The notes beneath the pieces are model-generated. The model did not search any database. It had not been told where the DNA came from and worked only from the letters and a program-made list of their open reading frames with translations. The position numbers and the translations under genes are program-made. DNA of 50,094 bases from NCBI GenBank assembly GCA_964543275.1, contig CAZIWW010000001.1:36003-86096 (forward strand). Reading direction: 5' to 3'. Positions 7,806 to 16,718 of this stretch are shown piece after piece (the first letter of the stretch is position 1; every line of letters starts with the position of its first letter). The stretch comes from an uncultured Bdellovibrionales bacterium (GTDB taxonomy: Bacteria > Patescibacteriota > Minisyncoccia > Moranbacterales > UBA11712).

Positions 7806-10232
7806 ATGACAGAGGTTTTTAAAGAAATATTGAAAGCGGGCGCAAGACGTGGAGAGGAATTTGCTAAAAAGGCAAAGGGGCTTAGAAGTGGAAGTCAAGA
7901 GGAATTACCCAAAGCTACTGATGAGGAATTGGCGCAGGCGGAACTGTATGAACAGAAAAAAGAAACTGGACGGAAGAACGATCTTAAGGACGGTCTTGGA
8001 GAAACACATAAAGGAGACGGAGCTCAAGGGGTACTTGAGGGAGCGAGAGGCACTGCTACTGCTATGCTGGGGGAGAATCAGGAAGAACCGCGGCAAAAAT
8101 CTCTTACTGAAGCTGAAGCAAAAGGAGATGAAGATCCATCATTAGTTGAGAATGCTGAACTGGCTGGAGAGCATATCACTGAAGAGGTGCCGAAAAAAGA
8201 AGAGAAAGGTGAAGGGACCAAGAGTTTAGAGATGTTAAAAAAGGATCTTGAGGAAAAAAGGGCAAAGTACGCTCGTTTAGATACAGATATTTCGGGTAAG
8301 TGGTCGAGGCTTAAGAGAGTGCTGGGCTTGAATATTAAAGAAGTGAAGAACAAAGATGTCGATGTTGAGAAAGCCAGACGGGAATATTATGAAGCGTTGG
8401 AAAAATATGCCGGCGCAAGAAAGGCTTCCTTGCCGGAAGGAGATAAGAAAGCGGCTGCGGAACTTTTAAAAGAAGTTCGTCTTGATGAGGCGCTTAATAT
8501 TTTTAATGCCAAAACGGACGAAAGGTTAAAGGCGAGAAAAGAAAGAGGCGATTGGCCAAGCAAGTTAATGGACGGATATATGAAAGCGGTTGAGAAGTGG
8601 CGGGGATACAATTGGAAAACAAAGCTTGCTCTTTCGGGGATTTTGTTAACTGCCGGGGCAGCCAGTGGTCTTTATGGAATTGCTTTTGGTTCCATAGGCG
8701 CTGGAGTTTTTTCAACATTTAAAATTTCCCAGAGGGCGTTAAGCGCCGGAGCAACTGGACTTGGGATAAAGAAGATGTGGGATGCGGCTTCCTTAAAACG
8801 AATGGAGAAAAAATCAGTGAAAGAAATCGAGGGAATGTTATCGAAAGATGATTGGTTAGACAGGTTTGATTCTAAATTAGATGAGAGCATAAAATCTGTT
8901 AATGAGAGGCTGGCAAAGATAGAAAAGAAGGATTTAACGAGGAAAAGAGTTGCGGTGTGGGCTGGTATTTTGTTTGGCGGCGGAGGAATGATTTTCGATA
9001 TTTATAAGGGCTGGTCCGGATCCGGATTGGGGAAAACGGCGGACGTGGTTTCCGGCAAGCCGTCCGGCGCCGGGGTGACCGATGTGCGTAAGCCGAGCGG
9101 GATTGGTCAACCCCCCGTTGAAAAAACTCCAGGTACTCATATAGGTACTCATATTGAGCCGCCCAAAGCGCCTCCGGCCGACGAAGTAATTAAGTCGCCG
9201 GCAGTTACTACAGAGGATATTATTAGCAAGCCGCCCGATAAATATGTTACAACTCCGATTCCAGCGGAGACAACTGAAAAGATGACGGAGTTTATGGGAG
9301 ACTCAACTGAAATTAAAAAAGGCGGAAGTATTTGGAAATCGGTGCGAAGGTTGTATATGAAGCATCCGGAAGAGTATGGATATGGTTCGGACGGAGAGCG
9401 AGTTAAAAGCTTGTTTAAATCGTTCAAGGAGCAGGGGATTTTGAAACGTCTGGGAATTCGAGGGATTGATAATTTCGAAGATTTAACCGATGAGCAGAAG
9501 ATTAAAATCTGGTCGGAGTGGAAGACAGCTAATTCTGTCAGGGATCTTTCCATTTCCAGCGGTGGGAGAATTAAAGATTTGGTCCACGCTGGAGATAAGA
9601 TTTTTCTTGATAAGGACGGGAAAATCACTTTTGATTTCGAGCGCGGTTCCGGCATAAGACCGGGCTATTTGTCCGGTCACGAAACTGGCGCGGGTAAGGG
9701 CGGCGGAGTCGCGGAAGTCGTCGGCGGCGGAGCAGGCGCGGAAGAATTTCGCGAAGGCGAGAAGCCGGCTTGGCTTGAGGAATATGATAAAAGAATAGGA
9801 GAAACGAGATTAAGAGAGCAGGCGGCGGAAGCTAGATTAGATAGAGCTGACGAGTATTTGCGGAAGACTAGTGATGATTTAGCGGCGGCTAGAGAAGCAG
9901 AAACAGCGGCTATTGACTACACTCGGACTCATGAATTGATGGATTATATCCAGCAAAAGCTTTCAGGAGTTGATATCGACTGGGGCGCTCGCGGATCGGC
10001 TATGAGAATGTATGACGAATTAAAACAAGGTTCGCTAATTAATTCTGATCAGCCTATGGCGCCGGATATGGGCAAGGAACAGTATTGGAAAACACTCCGG
10101 AGGTTAACTGACGATCTTGGCAAACCGCGAGGTGGCGAAACAGTCGAGGAGTGGGTAAAGAGAGGATTGGAGCGTAAAAAAATTTCTCCAGAAAGAGTAA
10201 TTAGCGTCCTTAAGAAAGTATCCAATGGGTAA
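7806..10232 (+). CDS. Hypothetical large membrane protein (no family recognised)
   Basis: 808-aa ORF starting 2 nt after the previous stop. E/K-rich N-terminal third, central hydrophobic segments (LALSGILLTAGAASGLYGIAFGSIGAGVF; VAVWAGILFGGGGMIF), Pro-rich linker, C-terminal globular part. Confidence 0.6.
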   Translation: MTEVFKEILKAGARRGEEFAKKAKGLRSGSQEELPKATDEELAQAELYEQKKETGRKNDLKDGLGETHKGDGAQGVLEGARGTATAMLGENQEEPRQKSLTEAEAKGDEDPSLVENAELAGEHITEEVPKKEEKGEGTKSLEMLKKDLEEKRAKYARLDTDISGKWSRLKRVLGLNIKEVKNKDVDVEKARREYYEALEKYAGARKASLPEGDKKAAAELLKEVRLDEALNIFNAKTDERLKARKERGDWPSKLMDGYMKAVEKWRGYNWKTKLALSGILLTAGAASGLYGIAFGSIGAGVFSTFKISQRALSAGATGLGIKKMWDAASLKRMEKKSVKEIEGMLSKDDWLDRFDSKLDESIKSVNERLAKIEKKDLTRKRVAVWAGILFGGGGMIFDIYKGWSGSGLGKTADVVSGKPSGAGVTDVRKPSGIGQPPVEKTPGTHIGTHIEPPKAPPADEVIKSPAVTTEDIISKPPDKYVTTPIPAETTEKMTEFMGDSTEIKKGGSIWKSVRRLYMKHPEEYGYGSDGERVKSLFKSFKEQGILKRLGIRGIDNFEDLTDEQKIKIWSEWKTANSVRDLSISSGGRIKDLVHAGDKIFLDKDGKITFDFERGSGIRPGYLSGHETGAGKGGGVAEVVGGGAGAEEFREGEKPAWLEEYDKRIGETRLREQAAEARLDRADEYLRKTSDDLAAAREAETAAIDYTRTHELMDYIQQKLSGVDIDWGARGSAMRMYDELKQGSLINSDQPMAPDMGKEQYWKTLRRLTDDLGKPRGGETVEEWVKRGLERKKISPERVISVLKKVSNG

Positions 10233-10269
10233 GCGGGATTAAGCATTAACAAATATTTATTTTAAACCA

Positions 10270-10593
10270 ATGACTCAAGACACCATTCTTAAACAAACAA
10301 TTATTGAAGAGTTGGGCTTGCGGGATCTTCCCCGAGAAAAAAAAGAAAAAATGCTGGTGAAAATGACCGAAGTGGTTTTGAAGAGAATTTATCTAGAAAC
10401 GGTGGAGAGCTTAAGCGACGCTGATCGAGAGGAGCTGGGCAAACTTTTGGACAAAAAAGCGGAACCGGAAAAGGTCGAAGGGTTTTTAAAGTCCAAATTT
10501 GAAGATTACGACGGGTTTGTGAAAAAAATTGTGGACGATTTTAAAAACGAGATGAAGGAATCGATGACGCAGCTCGAAAATTCAAAATCCTAA
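10270..10593 (+). CDS. Small helical protein, DUF5663-like (tentative)
   Basis: 107 aa. The pattern EELGLRDLPREKKEKML...LSDADREELGKLL recalls the DUF5663 family common in Parcubacteria. The last codons (LENSKS) lie in a repeat arm. Confidence 0.45.
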   Translation: MTQDTILKQTIIEELGLRDLPREKKEKMLVKMTEVVLKRIYLETVESLSDADREELGKLLDKKAEPEKVEGFLKSKFEDYDGFVKKIVDDFKNEMKESMTQLENSKS

Positions 10594-10687
10594 TATCGAA
10601 GTTTCTGCATGGCGGCAAACGGAAATTGCGGGTTTTGAATTTTGAAATTATTTTGTGTTTAGGGTTTAAGATTTTGGATTTAAAATT
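10575..10687. repeat. Hairpin element, AAATCC/AAAATTC family
   Basis: CGAAAATTCAAAATCC (10575-10590, spanning the stop codon) pairs with GGTTTTGAATTTTGAAATT (10631-10649). There is a further arm, AGGGTTTAAGATTTTGGATTT. Confidence 0.5.
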
Positions 10688-10693
10688 AAATTT

Positions 10694-11230
10694 ATGCCAC
10701 AAAGCAAATATCAGGAACCAATTGAGGGAGAAGATCTTGATTTAGAGAAAAAATTTAAAGATGCGCGTGTCCAAAAAGCCGGCGAGGGTTTATTTCCTAA
10801 GGAATCTGTTGGCGAGAAAACTGGGGAGGATGTTGAAGCTGGGAAGAAAGTTACTGAACTAGAAGTAAAGGGAAAGGAGCCGATTAGTCCGGAAAAGGGA
10901 GCTGAAGCGGAAGTTGGCGAGAAAAGGATTTCGGAAAAACTAGAGACGGCTCGCAGAGTTATCGGAGTTCGGCAGGCTGCTCCCAAGACAACCGTAGCCC
11001 AAGACGCCCAAGCCATTTCTCAAATTGCCGAGTATGAAAAGAAAATAGACAAGCTGATGGAGATCGCTACGCACAAGGGGCCGGAACACGCCGTTAAAGT
11101 AGCCCAACATTTAGACAAAAGCAAAATTTCCGCTCGAGCCGATAATTATACTATGGACGAGATTCATGACAAGATGGAGAACGATTTGCGAGAGCGACTG
11201 GTCAAGAAAGGATTGTTGAAGGAGCTCTAG
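10694..11230 (+). CDS. Hypothetical E/K-rich protein
   Basis: 178-aa ORF co-oriented with its neighbours. No motif recognised. Confidence 0.5.
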   Translation: MPQSKYQEPIEGEDLDLEKKFKDARVQKAGEGLFPKESVGEKTGEDVEAGKKVTELEVKGKEPISPEKGAEAEVGEKRISEKLETARRVIGVRQAAPKTTVAQDAQAISQIAEYEKKIDKLMEIATHKGPEHAVKVAQHLDKSKISARADNYTMDEIHDKMENDLRERLVKKGLLKEL

Positions 11231-11289
11231 GGAAAATCCCAATGTCAAAATCCCAATATCCAATAAAATTCCAAATTTCAAATCCCAAG
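11231..11289. repeat. AAATCCCAAT-family arm
   Basis: AAAATCCCAATGTCAAAATCCCAATATCCAATAAAATTCCAAATTTCAAATCCCAAG. Shares a 19-nt complement (CAAAATCCCAATATCCAAT) with the arm at 13167-13205. Confidence 0.55.
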
Positions 11290-11372
11290 ATGTGCGTGAA
11301 GTCTATTTTCCGTAATTTTATTTCTTCGCGGAAAGTACCGCAATACTTAAAATAAAAATTTTAAAATAAAAA

Positions 11373-12728
11373 ATGGCGAATAATACAAACACAAAACCGA
11401 ATCCAAAATTAAAGGATCCTAAAATAAAGGGGACTAAAATTCCCCAAGCTTCATCCAATTCCTCCAGGAAAGTCTTAATTGGCTGTCTGATTGCAGTGGC
11501 TGTTTTTTTGGCATTGGCTATAATTGGCGGTCTGGCCGTTGCCGGGTATTGGTATTACAAGTCTAAGAAGGAAAGCATATTTTCTGAATCTTCGCCGCCT
11601 CCGAGTTGGCAAATAGAGGATGCTAGCCAGGATCAGGAGCAAGAAGAGTCTTCACAGCAAAAACCAGAACAAAAGCCAAGGACAACTTACGAAAACAAGC
11701 AATTTGGTTTTAAGCTTAAGATGACTCCGACTTGGAAGGATTACAAAGCTGTTCAGAAAGATACCGATGGAGGTTTTGGGGCGGCTATAATTGATTTTTA
11801 TCTGCCGTCTTCCAAGGCTGATTACACTGACCTTCCGGGATATGTTGAACTTTTTACTATAAATGTTTACTACATTGAACGCTGGCCCGAGTACCAGGAC
11901 TTTTGCAAAGAAGCTATGTGCGCGGGAGAAGAAGTTGGGAGAAACAGTAAATATGTTTTTACTTACTCTCACATTAGCGGTTTCCCGCCGGACGATGTTT
12001 CGCAGCAGGCTATACTCGATATGGAAACTATCGCGAAGAGTATTGAAATTTTTGAGCCGAGCGGGAGCGGATCGAGTTCCGGCGCCGCGTTGTCCCAGCA
12101 AGGTATCGCCGGTCAGGCGGGAAAGCCGGCTTATAACTCTAATTACGTTTCCGGCGCCAATTACTACGCTAACTGTAAATATCGCTATTCTCTTTATTAT
12201 CCCTCTACTTGGTCAACCGAGGGAGCGACCAGCAATTCCGGACAGGTTTTCTTCGTGGGTCCCAACGCGAGAGTTAAGATCGAATCGCTTGGTCTTACCT
12301 CGGGCGAGTCTTTGGCGGCTTTTGCGGCCAGACGAACGAGTGTAATGGAAGGGAACAAAGTTTGGAGCGAGACGGTGGAATGGGACAGTAAGGGAACGTC
12401 AACAATCAGAAGTTACTTTACTCATCCCGATTCGCAGTCAATGCACTGGATTCAAGGCGGGAGAGGAATGGAGCTTATGGCTTTTGGCGACGGGTATAAT
12501 TCCCAATTTATTAATATCAAAAATCTGCTAGGTTCGCTGACGATTGATTTGGATTATATAGATACTTGCGATTCAAGCAGTTCTTCATCTAATAATCCTA
12601 CAAGTTCTGGGTTTAATTGTGATTCATGGATTCACCCCAACGGGGATATTGAGTATTGGTGGTATAGTCTATCGCAGGAAGAGCAGGATTGTTATGTTAA
12701 GAAATACGGCGATCCGGGGTTTCAATAA
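11373..12728 (+). CDS. Hypothetical N-terminally anchored extracytoplasmic protein
   Basis: 451 aa. TM (VLIGCLIAVAVFLALAIIGGLAVAGYWYY), an S/Q/E-rich linker, then Cys-containing globular regions. Confidence 0.6.
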   Translation: MANNTNTKPNPKLKDPKIKGTKIPQASSNSSRKVLIGCLIAVAVFLALAIIGGLAVAGYWYYKSKKESIFSESSPPPSWQIEDASQDQEQEESSQQKPEQKPRTTYENKQFGFKLKMTPTWKDYKAVQKDTDGGFGAAIIDFYLPSSKADYTDLPGYVELFTINVYYIERWPEYQDFCKEAMCAGEEVGRNSKYVFTYSHISGFPPDDVSQQAILDMETIAKSIEIFEPSGSGSSSGAALSQQGIAGQAGKPAYNSNYVSGANYYANCKYRYSLYYPSTWSTEGATSNSGQVFFVGPNARVKIESLGLTSGESLAAFAARRTSVMEGNKVWSETVEWDSKGTSTIRSYFTHPDSQSMHWIQGGRGMELMAFGDGYNSQFINIKNLLGSLTIDLDYIDTCDSSSSSSNNPTSSGFNCDSWIHPNGDIEYWWYSLSQEEQDCYVKKYGDPGFQ

Positions 12729-12730
12729 GC

Positions 12731-12790
12731 CTATAAATCCCAATGATAAAATCCCAATGTCAAATAAAAATCCAAATCCCAATGATAAAA
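12731..12790. repeat. Left inverted-repeat arm of four-helix-bundle gene cassette 1
   Basis: CTATAAATCCCAATGATAAAATCCCAATGTCAAATAAAAATCCAAATCCCAATGATAAA. Complementary to 13167-13205. Also encodes the N-terminus MSNKNPNPNDKK. Confidence 0.65.
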
Positions 12791-13155
12791 AGTACGATCT
12801 TTTAGGGGGAACAGCTAAATTTGGCGAGGATGTTATTGATCTCGCGGGGACTTTAGGTAAGAATGAAATCAATCGGCCACTAATAAGCCAAGGGATAAGG
12901 TCTTCTACGAGCATTGGCGCTAATTACATGGAAGCTAATGCGGCTGGGTCACGGAAGGACTTCGAGTATAAAATAACTTTGTGTAAAAAAGAGGCTAAAG
13001 AAACGATGCGCTGGTCGCGGATGTTGGCTAGAGCTAATCCAGAAAAGAAAGATGAAATTAGAAAGCTCTGGAAAGAAGCTCAAGAGCTAGTTTTTATCTT
13101 CTCAGCTATTCTTAATAGTTCGAGGAAGAAAGAAAAGCAGAGAAAGGTAAAGTAG
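12757..13155 (+). CDS. Four-helix-bundle protein (23S rRNA intervening-sequence protein / Avd-like family)
   Basis: Start moved to ATG 12757. Motifs IRSSTSIGANYMEANAAGSRKDFEYKITLCKKEAKETMRW match the TIGR02436/PF05635-type pattern as recalled. Confidence 0.75.
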   Translation: MSNKNPNPNDKKYDLLGGTAKFGEDVIDLAGTLGKNEINRPLISQGIRSSTSIGANYMEANAAGSRKDFEYKITLCKKEAKETMRWSRMLARANPEKKDEIRKLWKEAQELVFIFSAILNSSRKKEKQRKVK

Positions 13156-13166
13156 ATATCAATTAA

Positions 13167-13205
13167 GATATTGGATTGGATATTGGGATTTTGGAATTGG
13201 GATTT
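13167..13205. repeat. Right inverted-repeat arm of four-helix-bundle gene cassette 1
   Basis: GATATTGGATTGGATATTGGGATTTTGGAATTGGGATTT. Its reverse complement matches ATAAATCCCAAT / AAAATCCCAAT in the left arm. Confidence 0.65.
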
Positions 13206-13211
13206 ATTACA

Positions 13212-15758
13212 ATGGATACTTGGAATCTTAATCTAATACTCTATCCGCTGGCTATTACGCTGGCTATAATATGTTTTGGCTCCGGAGCTTGGCTGGTGTT
13301 CCGCAGTTTTGTCATTTTCCGAGGGCAGATTACTCGGTCGCTTAATATGAATCTGGATGTGGTAAAGGTGAGTCGGCCGCTCAAACAAGAAGGTCAGGTA
13401 GGGGAGCAGGTCCAACCCAAATCGGAGAAGGAAATAATTTCAGTAATGGAGCATCTTCTGGCCAGTCTGGTGAATGTTAAAGAGAAGGCCGGTCTTTTGC
13501 GCCGGCTTATTTACGGCGACGCGGTGATTGCTCTAGAGATAGCCAACGCGGCTGACGACGACCAAATTACTTTTTATGTGGGAGCGCCGAAGAAATTTAT
13601 GGGACTTGTGGAAAAGCAAATACACAGCTTTTATCCAAAAGCTTCCATTGAAAGAGTGAAGGACTACAACATTTTTTCTCCGGGAAGCTTTACATCGGCT
13701 TCTCTTCTCAAGCTTAAGGAAAAATATTATCTTCCTATAAAAACTTACCAGTTCTTGGAGGCTGATCCGCTTAACAATATTACCAATGTGCTTGGGAAGT
13801 TTGACGAGAAAAAAGAAGGAGCGGCTATTCAACTGCTTATTAAACCGGCTGGAGGCAATTGGCGCGGCAAGGGAAGAGAAGTGGCTCACAAGATGCAGCA
13901 GGGTCGGAGATTAAGCGAAGTTAAGAGAGATACCTTTTTTAGAAATTTATTTGGTGGACTTTTTAAAACATTTACGGACGTTGGCAAAAAGGACGAACAT
14001 TCTAAAAAAGATCCTTTTAAGAACGAAAGGGAGCCAATTAGTCTTACTCCGGAGGAGCAGGAGGTGGTTAAAAAAATAGAAAGCAAAGTCGGCAAGTCGG
14101 GTTTTAAAGTCAATATCAGATTGGTGGCTTCGGCCTTGACACAAGAAAGGTCCGAAGTGATTTTGTCGGAGCTGGAGAACGCTTTCATTCAATACGAGAA
14201 TCCGGGGCTTAATAGTTTTCGAGTTGTCCGGGAAAATAAATTAAGGCCAAGAAATATTGCCTTTGATTTTATTTTCCGAAATTTTAAAGAAGAGCAAAGC
14301 TTTATTCTTTCCTCCGAGGAGGTAGCCAGCATTTTTCATTTCCCGATTTTCTCGACCGAGACTCCAAAAATAAACTGGCTTAAGGCACGGGCGGCTGCGC
14401 CTCCTTCCAATATTTCTAAAGAAGGAATTATCATTGGCTACAACAATTATCGGGGAGTAGAGACTGTTATTCGCCACGGCGATGACGATCGCCGACGCCA
14501 TTTCTATGTTGTTGGTCAAACTGGCACTGGTAAGTCGACTATGATGGAAGAAATGGTCAAGCAGGACATTAAAGCCGGCAAGGGAGTTTGCGTTATTGAT
14601 CCTCACGGGGAATTTATTGAGCATGTCATTGAATGTATTCCAAAGGGAAGAGCGGAGGACGTTATTTATTTTGATCCGGCTGATATGGAACGCCCTTTTG
14701 GGCTCAATATGCTGGAATACGACGAGCGAAAGCCGGAACAGAAAACTTTTGTTATAAATGAATTGATCAATATCTTTGACAAGCTTTACGATCTTCGTCA
14801 AACCGGGGGGCCGATGTTTGAACAGTATATGCGCAACGCGGCTTTGTTAGTAATGGAGCATCCGGAATCTGGCTCGACGCTGATGGAAATTCCTAAAGTT
14901 TTGGCTGACGAAGAGTTTCGTCGCATGAAACTTGAGAAATGCACCAATCCGGTGGTGAAAAATTTTTGGGAGAAAGAGGCCGAGAAAGCCGGAGGTGAAG
15001 CGGCGTTGGCCAATATGGTTCCATATATCACTTCTAAGCTGACTCAATTTATCTCCAACGATATGATGCGGCCCATTATTGCTCAACAGAAGACGACAAT
15101 CAATTTCCGCCAGGCTATGGATGATCAGCAGATTATTTTAGTCAATCTTTCCAAGGGCAAAATTGGCGAGATTAATAGTTATCTTTTGGGAATGATAGTC
15201 GTAGGCAAGATTTTAATTGCGGCCTTGTCTAGAGTGGAAATTCCCGAAGAAGAGCGCAAGGATTTCTATCTCTACATCGATGAATTTCAAAATGTGACTA
15301 CTGATTCCATCGCTCAAATCCTTTCGGAAGCCAGAAAATACCGGCTTGACTTAATTATCGCTCATCAGTTCATCGGGCAACTCAAAGAAGAAATTTCCAA
15401 AGCCGTATTCGGCAATGTGGGTTCAATGTGCTCTTTTAGAGTCGGAGCCGAAGACGCGGAGTTCTTGCAAAAGCAGTTTGAGCCTGTTTTCGACGCCAAC
15501 GATCTTATGAATGTGGACAACTATAATTGCTTCGTGAAACTTTTAATTAACAACGAAGCGGCCGCCCCGTTCAATATGAAGACTTATCCGCCGACCAAAG
15601 GCAATAAAGAAATCGCCGAAGCCATCAAAGAATTATCCAAACTCAAGTACGGCCGCAATCGCGAAGTGGTCAATGAAGAGATTATGAAACGTGCTAGTTA
15701 TGCTGTAACGCGAGTTCCTGCGGCGGATGCGTTTGATATGGGAGAAAAACCGCTATAG
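13212..15758 (+). CDS. Membrane-anchored TraD/TraG/VirD4-type (FtsK/HerA-like) P-loop ATPase
   Basis: Start moved to ATG 13212, because the track N-terminus is a translated repeat arm. N-terminal TM. Walker A VVGQTGTGKST, IDPHGEF, Walker B-like FYLYIDEFQN, RKYRLDLIIAHQFIGQL. Confidence 0.7.
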   Translation: MDTWNLNLILYPLAITLAIICFGSGAWLVFRSFVIFRGQITRSLNMNLDVVKVSRPLKQEGQVGEQVQPKSEKEIISVMEHLLASLVNVKEKAGLLRRLIYGDAVIALEIANAADDDQITFYVGAPKKFMGLVEKQIHSFYPKASIERVKDYNIFSPGSFTSASLLKLKEKYYLPIKTYQFLEADPLNNITNVLGKFDEKKEGAAIQLLIKPAGGNWRGKGREVAHKMQQGRRLSEVKRDTFFRNLFGGLFKTFTDVGKKDEHSKKDPFKNEREPISLTPEEQEVVKKIESKVGKSGFKVNIRLVASALTQERSEVILSELENAFIQYENPGLNSFRVVRENKLRPRNIAFDFIFRNFKEEQSFILSSEEVASIFHFPIFSTETPKINWLKARAAAPPSNISKEGIIIGYNNYRGVETVIRHGDDDRRRHFYVVGQTGTGKSTMMEEMVKQDIKAGKGVCVIDPHGEFIEHVIECIPKGRAEDVIYFDPADMERPFGLNMLEYDERKPEQKTFVINELINIFDKLYDLRQTGGPMFEQYMRNAALLVMEHPESGSTLMEIPKVLADEEFRRMKLEKCTNPVVKNFWEKEAEKAGGEAALANMVPYITSKLTQFISNDMMRPIIAQQKTTINFRQAMDDQQIILVNLSKGKIGEINSYLLGMIVVGKILIAALSRVEIPEEERKDFYLYIDEFQNVTTDSIAQILSEARKYRLDLIIAHQFIGQLKEEISKAVFGNVGSMCSFRVGAEDAEFLQKQFEPVFDANDLMNVDNYNCFVKLLINNEAAAPFNMKTYPPTKGNKEIAEAIKELSKLKYGRNREVVNEEIMKRASYAVTRVPAADAFDMGEKPL

Positions 15759-15762
15759 CGGT

Positions 15763-15891
15763 AAATTCAAAATTCTAAGCACTAAATCCTAAACAAATCC
15801 AAATATCAAAATCCGAATTTTCAAAACATTCTGTATTTTGTTATTTGAATTTTGATATTATTTAGGATTTGGAATTTAGAGCTTTGGATTT
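15763..15891. repeat. Hairpin element without an ORF, AAATCC family, arms of about 60 nt
   Basis: Left arm AAATTCAAAATTCTAAGCACTAAATCCTAAACAAATCCAAATATCAAAATCC... pairs with right arm ...GATATTATTTAGGATTTGGAATTTAGAGCTTTGGATTT. Short loop near 15828-15832. Confidence 0.6.
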
Positions 15892-15913
15892 ATTTAAGAG
15901 GGGAGGTGAAAGT

Positions 15914-16100
15914 ATGAATCGACAATCCGTGGGGCCAATTTGCCAAAGTTACGGGATGCCGATAATGAAAGACGAGGATTTTATGACCAATGCCGACGGC
16001 CGGCAGTAAAAACGAAGAGTATCGCTAGTCGCGGGAGTGGACAGAGTGCAGACAATTTTCCAAGAAGGCTCACGCATAGTTTAAGATGTTGCGCGAATTA
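15914..16100 (+). pseudogene. Decayed putative zinc-ribbon protein gene
   Basis: SD GGGAGGTGA precedes ATG 15914. Reads MNRQSVGPICQSYGMPIMKDEDFMTNADGRQ, then TAA. KNEEYR continues in frame, then TAG. Resembles the CQSCGMP...GTNADGSKSEEYCxYC family with a Cys lost and stop codons acquired. Confidence 0.4.
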
Positions 16101-16135
16101 AGCTAAGGCCGGTGTTTTTTAGACTCAAGGAACTT

Positions 16136-16600
16136 ATGGATTTTTGGGAAGTTATCGAAAAAAGAAGAAGTGTGCGAGAATTTGACAGAGTTAAAGGAGT
16201 GTCAGATGAAAATATTAAAAAAATTCTGTATGCAGCCAAGAGAGCTCCGTCAGCCGGAGGATTATATCCGACAGATTTTATAGTTGTGCGAGATAAGGAA
16301 ACAAAGAAGAAATTAACTCGAGCGGCGCTTAATCAAGAATTCATTGCTCAAGCGCCAGTGGTAATTGTAGTTGTAGCTGATACTGAAAAGTCTGCCTCGA
16401 GATACGGAGAGCGTGGAAGAAATCTTTACACTGTTCAGGATGCCGCCGCGGCCGCGGGAAATTTGTTGTTGGCTGTCACTGCTTTGGGGCTAGGCGCCTG
16501 CTGGGTAGGAGCGTTTGACGAGAATGAAGTGAAGAAGATTTTAAATCTTGATTTCGGAAAACGGCCGTTAACAATTATTCCTGTGGGGTGGGAGAAGTGA
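16136..16600 (+). CDS. Nitroreductase family protein
   Basis: MDFWEVIEKRRSVREF N-terminus and a SAGGL motif typical of NADH/FMN nitroreductases. Start moved to ATG 16136. Confidence 0.7.
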   Translation: MDFWEVIEKRRSVREFDRVKGVSDENIKKILYAAKRAPSAGGLYPTDFIVVRDKETKKKLTRAALNQEFIAQAPVVIVVVADTEKSASRYGERGRNLYTVQDAAAAAGNLLLAVTALGLGACWVGAFDENEVKKILNLDFGKRPLTIIPVGWEK

Positions 16601-16718
16601 TATTGGGGAGGCGAAGGTTGTTTGTCGCAAAAGTAACATATAAAAAAATAACATATAAAACGCGATCGCCTGCTATAGGTAATATATAATTTGTTGTTTA
16701 TGCAAAACAAACACGAGA

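Noticed and set aside
12619-13211. ORF-track N-terminal extensions of the four-helix-bundle gene (from 12619) and of the ATPase (from 13176)
   Set aside because: The 12619 extension overlaps the end of the previous gene and reads through the left repeat arm. The 13176 extension (MDIGILELGFIT) is a translated right repeat arm. Internal ATGs at 12757 and 13212 fit the family N-terminus and the TM start.
11373-15758. Diversity-generating retroelement (target gene plus Avd-like four-helix-bundle gene)
   Set aside because: Avd belongs to the same four-helix-bundle family and follows a surface-protein gene here. However, no reverse-transcriptase ORF is present, no template/variable repeat pair was seen, and the upstream protein's C-terminus does not look like a C-type-lectin variable region.
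6490-15758. Canonical type IV secretion or conjugation system
   Set aside because: Only the coupling-type ATPase is recognisable. No VirB4, VirB6, VirB8-11, relaxase or pilin signatures were seen in the neighbouring ORFs, so the block is reported as an uncharacterised system.
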